In this document: piece after piece, positions 40,101 to 45,653 of the stretch
Numbering within the stretch: position 1 is the stretch's first letter
Layout: each line of letters starts with the position of its first letter
DNA from: an uncultured Candidatus Saccharibacteria bacterium
Lineage (GTDB): Bacteria > Patescibacteriota > Doudnabacteria > UBA920
Reading direction: 5' to 3'
Length of the DNA: 45,653 nucleotides
NCBI GenBank assembly: GCA_964524735.1
Contig: CAZGCV010000004.1
Span: forward strand, 1-45,653
Notes under the pieces: model-generated
Seen by the model: the letters and a program-made list of their open reading frames with translations, nothing else
Told to the model about the DNA's origin: nothing
The model's database searches: none
Position numbers and translations under genes: made by a program

Positions 40101-40949
40101 GCCAATAGATATGGTATTCAAATCCAAGCTGGTGCAGACGATGGTAGTGGAACAACGTATTACCTCAACGCTCTAGACGGTGATGGTACTCAAGTAGGAT
40201 ACATCTCAAGAACAGGTGGTACTTTTGCACTAACTGATGTTTCTGATTTTAGAACAAAGACCAATATTCAAAACTCTGAAGTAGACGCTATGGAAGTCCT
40301 TACTGGTCTTCGTGTAGTGGATTTCAATCGTTTGGCAGATCCAAATGGAGCTGTTATTACAGGCTTCATTGCTCAAGAAGTGCAGTCTGTATATCCGCAG
40401 ATTGTTACAACAGGAGAGAATGGAATGCTTGGAATCACCAAGGAGAATTTAATTCCTGTTCTTGTGAAAGGATTCCAGCAGCAGCAAAATCAGATTAACT
40501 CTTTGCTTAACCAAGTTAATTCCTTGCAAGGAAACTCTCAGGGAAACCTTTCAGGAAATACTCCAATTGTCCTAGCTCATCATCTGTATCTTTCAGAAGA
40601 TACTGTTGGGCAAGCTGAGATTTTAGCGGGAGAGAAGAGTGTTAGAATTACATTCACTCAGAATTATGAATATCAACCAATTGTAACTGTAACTCCACAG
40701 AGCCGTGTTGGTGGTGAATATTGGGTAAGCGACAAAGGCGCAACAGGATTCACTATTCACATTGAAGATGGAGCCTCAGATAATATTTTATTTGACTGGC
40801 ATGCCTTTGCTACGAAATCTATTCCTTTGCTGACAGTTGAATCAGCTCCTATTACACCTTCGTTGTCTTCGCCTATTGATGAAGATGGTGTTGTGGCAAC
40901 AGAAGAACAAGTTGATGATTCGTCTAATTCAAACGACCCCGTTAATTAA
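37155..40949 (+). CDS. Membrane-anchored giant tail-fibre-like adhesin (1264 aa) with YadA-head-like repeats and an S74-type intramolecular chaperone domain
   Basis: SD GGAGGA. TM at about aa 33-55, a poly-Gly run, and two FWDDxNNxL modules. Two roughly 195-aa modules contain Hep_Hag-like repeats plus YIGNGVTNATPQ..GGNILFQ. SDFRTKTNI...GFIAQEVQSVYPQ...LIPVLVKGFQ (endosialidase-chaperone-like) is followed by an extra C-terminal beta domain. Confidence 0.7.
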   Translation: MPQITVNLIHDLKKAHEHKEKVPFIGGLRTGFVHAWFVTAVKVMFIFALLSGVDIVGKLQENVVLLDQLVGNDFTVNSEDSLPKRIVIRDNNFMPRGESFGVVASEFSDNSSMQTNGVVASENTVVVNNIQNAPVSGSGITQSYIDELIRYNIANAIAARFLLPGTGDNSDGCLQIDRAGTVTTRGSRCGSGGGGGGGSSPANLSIGSIISGATPNSILFVGAGGELAQDAANLFWDDANNSLVIDGEMLVTSLATGGATECVQANILGVLSTTGAPCGAGGGGMSIGGSITSATTGSVLFAGAAGVLQQDNANFFWDDTNNRLGIGTASPIAPLHVGGSNNFGSVSLFGYSGAVNTYINPVYSTDTGTDQVTANTALLELTNSSQADMVSFSGQTGVVINSSSADMASTYSQMIGGAFYSGLYGTGSIYGATGVMGIVMRANSGTVESAQGGYFAFQNANGTGTTSSVIGVNIGQPVSPAGHTITSTFGLYIADQTNIGGGTQTNTPYGIYQAGASNLNYFGGTITAPGAGASSERFGFGSSADGASATALGWLSSASGDGDLAVGGGAESSGGYSIAIGYGAQSTGVQGISLGFTASASGNASVALGNFASASSVMGHAFGYSATSSALGGLAIGQAATVNGTAGIALGGGTAAGAHELVIGGEYDTFNSIDYGINNVYIGNGVTNATPQSFALNATGGQGANIAGANIAIAGGKGTGSAVGGNILFQYAPAGSSGSSLNSLQTACAISGTNGSLNCPGTGAFSARFGSGATAGGLGANAFGTNANAGGLSAAAYGGNAYAPSDYATALGSLASSLGPNSVAAGALATAYDNGSAFGAYAFANNNSIALGYSAATSAANQLVIGSGSASIQTAYIGNGVTNATPQGFSLNATGGSGTNIAGANMTLASGRATGNAAGGNILFQTSDVGSSGSTLQTLTTKATLLANGNFGIGTAAPALKFSVEADAASSYVASFQNTGNNANRYGIQIQAGADDGSGTTYYLNALDGDGTQVGYISRTGGTFALTDVSDFRTKTNIQNSEVDAMEVLTGLRVVDFNRLADPNGAVITGFIAQEVQSVYPQIVTTGENGMLGITKENLIPVLVKGFQQQQNQINSLLNQVNSLQGNSQGNLSGNTPIVLAHHLYLSEDTVGQAEILAGEKSVRITFTQNYEYQPIVTVTPQSRVGGEYWVSDKGATGFTIHIEDGASDNILFDWHAFATKSIPLLTVESAPITPSLSSPIDEDGVVATEEQVDDSSNSNDPVN
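39207..39815 (+). repeat. Internal duplication of about 585 nt in the tail-fibre-like gene, with an exact 24-nt core
   Basis: GGAGTAACTAACGCTACTCCTCAA occurs at 39207-39230 and 39792-39815. The flanking protein sequence is about 60-70 percent identical across roughly 195-aa units. Confidence 0.85.
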
Positions 40950-40992
40950 TTTAACAGGGTCTTTATTTTGTTTAATAATTAAACTTTTAAAA

Positions 40993-43560
40993 ATGATACT
41001 AAAAAAATATTCAATATTCTCCATGGCGATAATTCTGATTTTTGCCTCGTTTGGTTTTTCTGAGAAAGCGTCTGCGGCATTTTTCTATCCATCTAATGGC
41101 GCAGAATTTCAGCAGGCATTGGACGATGCAAATTTAGGAGATGAAATTGTGTTAACTGCAGGCACAACTTATATAGGAGATTTTGTGCTCCCATATAAAT
41201 CTACCGGATCCGGTTATGTGACAATTCGATCTTCAATGCTTGATCAAATGCCGGAAGGAAAGCGCGTAACTCCAGCAGATGCAAACAAAATGCCAAAAAT
41301 CCGCGCGGCTAATATTTATTCCGCAGCGATATCAACTGGAATATCAGGCGGTAATCCCGCACATCATTACAAACTGCTTGGGTTAGAAGTGGTGCGTTTG
41401 CCAGGAGCAGGGTTGAATTACAATTTAATAGATTTAAGTACCGAGGACACTACTTCTTTATCTGAGGTTCCTCACGATATTATTATTGATCGCAGTTATG
41501 TGCATGGTTTAGATGGTGCGATGACTCGCCGTGGTTTGTTTTTGAACTCAAAAGACACGGAAATCACAAATAGTTATTTTTCAAAGTTCTTTGATGATGG
41601 AGCAGATTCGCAAGCCATTTTGGGTATCGGCGGTCCGGGCGGGTATTTAATTTCCAATAATTATTTAGAAGCAGCTGGTGAAAACATTATGTTTGGCGGC
41701 GGTGACCCTTCTATTATTAACTTAGTGCCTTCAGATATAGTTATTGAGAATAATCACATTTTTAAACCATTGTCTTGGAAAGGTAATGAGCCGGGCGTGG
41801 TGAAGAATCTTCTCGAACTGAAGAATGCAAAGAATGTGATTATCAGAAATAATATTCTTGAAAATAACTGGCCAGCTGGACAAGGTGGTACCGCAGTTCT
41901 GTTTACTGTTCGCAATCAGGATGGTACAGCGCCATGGTCTACTGTAGAAGATGTGCTTTTTGAATACAACATTATTAAAAATGTTCCTTCTGCTGTTACT
42001 ATTTTGGTAAGTGATGATGAAAGTAATAGTCAATCAGAAAAAAATATTACGATTCGAAATAACTTTATTCAATTCGATCCTACACATAATGGCAACGATC
42101 GTACTTTTGCAATCATGACTGGTCAATTAAACGGCGATCCGGGCGAGAATATTATTATCGAACATAACACTTCAATTCGTTATGGGTCCGCAGGAGAATA
42201 TTACACTCCGTATATATATTTTGGAGATGAAGCAGGTGGCTTCTTGGATGGTATTGATATCAATAATAATATTGAAGCTATGACTTCGCCATTAACTATC
42301 TGGGCTGGTCTGTTGTGGGTAGGGCAAGTTGACGGAGTTGCTCCTGAAGACGGTATAGATACTTTAAATCATGTTGCTTACAACAATAATTGGAGTTATT
42401 CAAAAAATGTTATTACTACAGGAGGTAATTCAATAGACTATCCTTTAACTTCTAGTTATGTTAATGATATTGAAGCGGTGGGATTTGAAGATGTTGGTAA
42501 CGAAATTTTTAAGCTTGCCAACAACTCTCCATTTAAAGGAGACTCAACAACTCCAGGCACTGATCCTGGTGTTAATTGGGATGAGCTGATGTCCCGTACA
42601 GAAAATGTTGTTAGTGGCGATTATTCTGAAAACCCTCCACAGGACACAACACCTCCATCAGTTTCAATAACTGCTCCATCTGCAAGTACTACTGTTAGCG
42701 GTTCAACAGTTACAGTAAGTGCTAACGCTTCAGATAACGTTGGAGTTGCTGGTGTTCAGTTTCAGTTAAATGGTTCTAATTTAGGAGCGGAAGATACTCA
42801 AGCTCCTTATAGTATTGTGTGGGATACAACACAAGTTACTAATGGGTCTTATACTCTAACTGCCATCGCTCGCGATGCGGCACATAATACCACTACTTCT
42901 TCCTCGGTAAATGTTAACGTTAATAACGTTACTCCACCGTCTAGCGGTGGAGGCGGTGGCGGAGGAGGTAGTAGAAATACTTCTCCGACTGTGCCAACTT
43001 CTAATGCATCATCAAGATTAATAAATAGTAACGGAACTTATTATTTAATTCAGAACGGCCAGAAAAAAGGAGTTACCTCTCCTGGTATTCTGAATTCATG
43101 CGGATTTGAATTCAAAGATGCTATGCAAGCTACAGCTGCAGACAGCTCATTGCCAATAAACTCTCTACTGCTTCCGTGTGGCGGATCCTTGGTAAAGAGT
43201 TATGAAGATCCTACTGTCTATTTAGTATCAAACGGAAAAAGATATGCATTTACTTCCGCTAGCGTATTTGCAGGAATGGGTTACAAGTTTTCTTCAGTGC
43301 TAATTGTAACTAATCCTGAATTGCAGGCGTTGCAAAGAGGTGTTGATCTGACTAATCCTGATTTAGCTCATTTGCCACAGACTAATATAAATATTAATGG
43401 AACTATTTATTGGATCGACTTAACTGGTAAGAAGCAACCTTATCCTTCCCTTGAAGTTTATAATTCGTGGAATGTAGATAATGATTTTTCAAATGTAGTG
43501 CCAGCAAATTCCGCAGATTTAGCTCTGCCTACAGGAGGGTCAGTAATTCCTCGTATGTAA
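40993..43560 (+). CDS. Secreted right-handed beta-helix protein (polysaccharide lyase/depolymerase-like) with an Ig-like domain and three C-terminal repeats
   Basis: Start trimmed to MILKKYS (signal ..EKASA-AF). PbH1-like turns (ENNHIF, IRNNILENN, YNIIKN, IRNNFIQ, IEHNTS). Ig-like VSGSTVTVSANASDNVGVAGVQFQLNG..APYSIVWDT..YTLTAIARDAAHN, then a poly-Gly run and three repeats of about 60 aa (TVYLVSNGKRYAF-type). Confidence 0.65.
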   Translation: MILKKYSIFSMAIILIFASFGFSEKASAAFFYPSNGAEFQQALDDANLGDEIVLTAGTTYIGDFVLPYKSTGSGYVTIRSSMLDQMPEGKRVTPADANKMPKIRAANIYSAAISTGISGGNPAHHYKLLGLEVVRLPGAGLNYNLIDLSTEDTTSLSEVPHDIIIDRSYVHGLDGAMTRRGLFLNSKDTEITNSYFSKFFDDGADSQAILGIGGPGGYLISNNYLEAAGENIMFGGGDPSIINLVPSDIVIENNHIFKPLSWKGNEPGVVKNLLELKNAKNVIIRNNILENNWPAGQGGTAVLFTVRNQDGTAPWSTVEDVLFEYNIIKNVPSAVTILVSDDESNSQSEKNITIRNNFIQFDPTHNGNDRTFAIMTGQLNGDPGENIIIEHNTSIRYGSAGEYYTPYIYFGDEAGGFLDGIDINNNIEAMTSPLTIWAGLLWVGQVDGVAPEDGIDTLNHVAYNNNWSYSKNVITTGGNSIDYPLTSSYVNDIEAVGFEDVGNEIFKLANNSPFKGDSTTPGTDPGVNWDELMSRTENVVSGDYSENPPQDTTPPSVSITAPSASTTVSGSTVTVSANASDNVGVAGVQFQLNGSNLGAEDTQAPYSIVWDTTQVTNGSYTLTAIARDAAHNTTTSSSVNVNVNNVTPPSSGGGGGGGGSRNTSPTVPTSNASSRLINSNGTYYLIQNGQKKGVTSPGILNSCGFEFKDAMQATAADSSLPINSLLLPCGGSLVKSYEDPTVYLVSNGKRYAFTSASVFAGMGYKFSSVLIVTNPELQALQRGVDLTNPDLAHLPQTNININGTIYWIDLTGKKQPYPSLEVYNSWNVDNDFSNVVPANSADLALPTGGSVIPRM

Positions 43561-43587
43561 ACTTAAAGTAAGTTCGCAGATTGATAT

Positions 43588-43614
43588 AAGCGCCGCTAAT
43601 AGCGGCGCTTTTTC
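43588..43614 (+). terminator. Rho-independent terminator
   Basis: AAGCGCCGCT-AAT-AGCGGCGCTT followed by TTT. Confidence 0.8.
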
Positions 43615-43655
43615 TTTTGATTTTCTAAAGCTATAATATATGTACATTTTGCAAA

Positions 43656-44327
43656 ATGATTAACGAACAGAATTTCACAATTGTAGATGTTGAAACAACT
43701 GGCGGAAGCCCGTTTTTTAATCGTGTCATAGAAATCGGTTTATTGAGAGTTGAAAAAGGAGAGATTGTTGAGAAGTATCAGACTTTGTTAAATCCAGGCA
43801 TGGAAATTCCAGAGTTTATTACCAAGATGACAGGGATTACAAACGAAGCTGTTGCATCTGCTCCAGCTTTCGAAGAAATTGCAGAAGATCTTGCTGCAAA
43901 GTTTGAAGGAAATATTTTTGTGGCACATAATTCCCAGTTTGATTATGGTTTTCTTAAAGAAGAATTTCGTCGACTGGGTTATGGATTTACTTTGCCGCAG
44001 CTTTGTACTGTTCGTCTTTCTCGTGCTCTATATAAAGAGCATAAGCATCATAATCTGAGTGCGATTATTGAACGTTTTGAATTTGAATGTGAAAACCGTC
44101 ATCGTGCTTTTGATGATGCAAAAGTTCTGTGGGACTTCCTTCAGCACATTAATTTGAATGTTGATTCAACTCAGTTGCATAGAGCTTTTAGGCAAGTATT
44201 GCGCAAGCCTCGCGTGTTAAGCAAGCCAGCTTTGCTGGCAAAGCCAAAAAATAAATTAGTAGAAGATTTTGAATATGTCCAAGAAGAATCTGAAATCGGA
44301 TCCGATCAAGTATCTGCAATTAGCTGA
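43656..44327 (+). CDS. DnaQ/DEDDh-family 3'-5' exonuclease (Pol III epsilon-like)
   Basis: ExoI FTIVDVETTG, ExoII FVAHNSQFDYGFL and ExoIII HRAFDDA. Confidence 0.8.
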   Translation: MINEQNFTIVDVETTGGSPFFNRVIEIGLLRVEKGEIVEKYQTLLNPGMEIPEFITKMTGITNEAVASAPAFEEIAEDLAAKFEGNIFVAHNSQFDYGFLKEEFRRLGYGFTLPQLCTVRLSRALYKEHKHHNLSAIIERFEFECENRHRAFDDAKVLWDFLQHINLNVDSTQLHRAFRQVLRKPRVLSKPALLAKPKNKLVEDFEYVQEESEIGSDQVSAIS

Positions 44328-44919
44328 TCCAATCCTTGCTGCTGTTATAGAAAAGTACGCTCTTAAGGAGGATCGTAAAAAGTCTGCGAATCATTTCCGT
44401 ACTTTAGTTGAGTCGATTGTTTCTCAGCAGCTTTCTGTTAAAGCTTCGGATACTATTTTTAAACGTTTTTTAGAATTGTTTGCAAAGCAATCTGGTATCA
44501 AAAGTTTTCCAAAGCCAGAATCGGTTTTAAAGATGTCCGATATTAAACTTCGGAAAGTTGGTTTATCAGCTCAAAAAATTAAGTACATTAAAAATCTATC
44601 TGAGAAAATCAGTAAAAAAGATGTCCAGCTGAACCGTTTAAGAAAAATGTCTGATGAAGAAGTAATAGAGCATCTTGTTCAGGTTAAAGGGATTGGGCGC
44701 TGGACTGCAGAAATGTTTTTGATGTTTTCCTTGCAAAGACCAGATGTATTTTCGCATGGAGATTTAGGTTTGCGAAATGCCATCATAAAGCTTTATGGTT
44801 TTAAAAATCCTCCTACTTTTGAGCAAATTGAGGAGATTGTTTCTGTGTGGTCGCCGTATCGTACTGTGGCTAGCAGATATCTTTGGAAAAGTTTGGAAAA
44901 TTCTCCAAAAAACCCTTGA
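44275..44919 (+). CDS. HhH-GPD DNA glycosylase (DNA-3-methyladenine glycosylase II, AlkA-like)
   Basis: ESIVSQQLS, the HhH motif VKGIGRWTAEMFLMF, and the catalytic-Asp region FSHGDLGLRNA. The ATG at 44275 is preferred over the TTG at 44269. It overlaps the upstream gene by 53 nt. Confidence 0.8.
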   Translation: MSKKNLKSDPIKYLQLADPILAAVIEKYALKEDRKKSANHFRTLVESIVSQQLSVKASDTIFKRFLELFAKQSGIKSFPKPESVLKMSDIKLRKVGLSAQKIKYIKNLSEKISKKDVQLNRLRKMSDEEVIEHLVQVKGIGRWTAEMFLMFSLQRPDVFSHGDLGLRNAIIKLYGFKNPPTFEQIEEIVSVWSPYRTVASRYLWKSLENSPKNP

Positions 44920-44944
44920 CAAGCAGTAAAAAAATGCTTAATAT
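44916..44944 (+). promoter_or_regulatory. rRNA operon promoter TTGACA-17 nt-TAATAT
   Basis: TTGACA at 44916-44921 and TAATAT at 44939-44944, about 460 nt upstream of the 16S 5' end. Confidence 0.65.
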
Positions 44945-45134
44945 AGTGAAGGATCAATCAGTAATCCACAGGAGATTTAAAAAGGCAATAAACATAGGCA
45001 ATTCTACTCAAATGTAACTACGGTGATTATTTGAGGTCCGGCAAGCTTTTAGCGAGTTCCGGAGAATGAGCACTCTACGTCCAGAGTAATAGACGTACGA
45101 GTTTTTTATTTCCCTAAATCGGCCTTTGGTCCAC

Positions 45135-45147
45135 TGCACTTTGACAA
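45135..45147 (+). promoter_or_regulatory. boxA-like antitermination element in the rRNA leader
   Basis: TGCACTTTGACAA versus the E. coli rrn boxA TGCTCTTTAACAA (11 of 13 positions match). Confidence 0.35.
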
Positions 45148-45403
45148 CTGCATAGTGATTGAAATGTGTACAAACTTAATTTATTAAGTGTGTCGTCCGA
45201 GGGAGTAGAAATACGACCTCAGACAAAACAAACCAATTACGTCAATTTTTTAGAGTTCAATGACTCCGTCTATTTATTTAGACAAACGTTTTGATATGTT
45301 GTGCGTTTATAAAAAACAACTATCGCCAGTTCTCATGAGCACATGCACCTCGGTGTGTCATGTGTGAGGACAAACTTTCTTCTACGCCGAGAGGTGAAGA
45401 ATT

Positions 45404-45653
<250 letters not shown>

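Noticed and set aside
40837-40992. Upstream extension of the beta-helix ORF that overlaps the end of the fibre gene
   Set aside because: The extension is Leu/Lys-rich junk overlapping the real C-terminus of 37155-40949. MILKKYS.. at 40993 begins a proper signal peptide.
36779-43560. Interpretation of the tail-fibre and beta-helix genes as an intact prophage
   Set aside because: No integrase, repressor/antirepressor set, capsid, portal, terminase, tape-measure or lysis genes occur anywhere in the window. The flanks are clpP and DNA-repair genes, and no tRNA or att-like repeat borders the module.
37155-43560. A diversity-generating retroelement target (variable C-terminal lectin-like domain)
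   Set aside because: There is no reverse transcriptase gene and no template/variable repeat pair. I found no second near-identical copy of the C-terminal coding segments in nearby non-coding DNA.
44275-44327. The 53-nt overlap between the exonuclease and glycosylase genes as a programmed frameshift or fusion
   Set aside because: Both proteins are complete with normal termini, there is no slippery heptamer, and the tail of the exonuclease is low-complexity. The overlap is probably a simple one, or the upstream ORF tail is non-essential.

Overview
About 45.6 kb of low-GC, densely coding, almost entirely plus-strand bacterial chromosome. It ends in the 5' part of a 16S rRNA gene with shortened helices. 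The reduced gene set, arrays of small two-TM pilin-like proteins and many Gly/Thr/Ser-rich surface proteins suggest a Patescibacteria/CPR-type organism with the standard genetic code; this placement is inference. The housekeeping backbone is lspA, yifB/comM, galU, ftsH, rnc, smc, rpsP, KH protein, trmD, rluD-like, rplS, rny, ymdB, yraN, nusA, clpP, a DnaQ-like exonuclease, an AlkA-like glycosylase, tRNA-Leu(UAG) and tRNA-Val(GAC). Four accessory or unusual blocks interrupt it. (1) A roughly 0.5-kb strongly promoted, terminator-closed structured non-coding locus at 1066-1608 that I cannot assign to a known RNA family. (2) Seven tandem VirB2/TrbC-like pilin paralogs (6342-10366) with hypervariable N-terminal domains and no secretion machinery nearby. 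(3) A 6.3-kb island of secreted or surface proteins (18527-24655) that splits the conserved rpsP-KH-trmD-rplS operon. (4) An HTH gene translationally coupled to a 1264-aa tail-fibre-like protein (YadA-head-like repeats plus an S74-type intramolecular chaperone domain), followed by an 855-aa beta-helix depolymerase-like protein (36779-43560), with no other phage genes. Also notable are an 875-aa SMC without a recognisable hinge, recurrent leaderless stop/-10/ATG junctions, and a SOD plus peroxiredoxin pair. All functional calls rest on motif recognition by eye; no searches were run.
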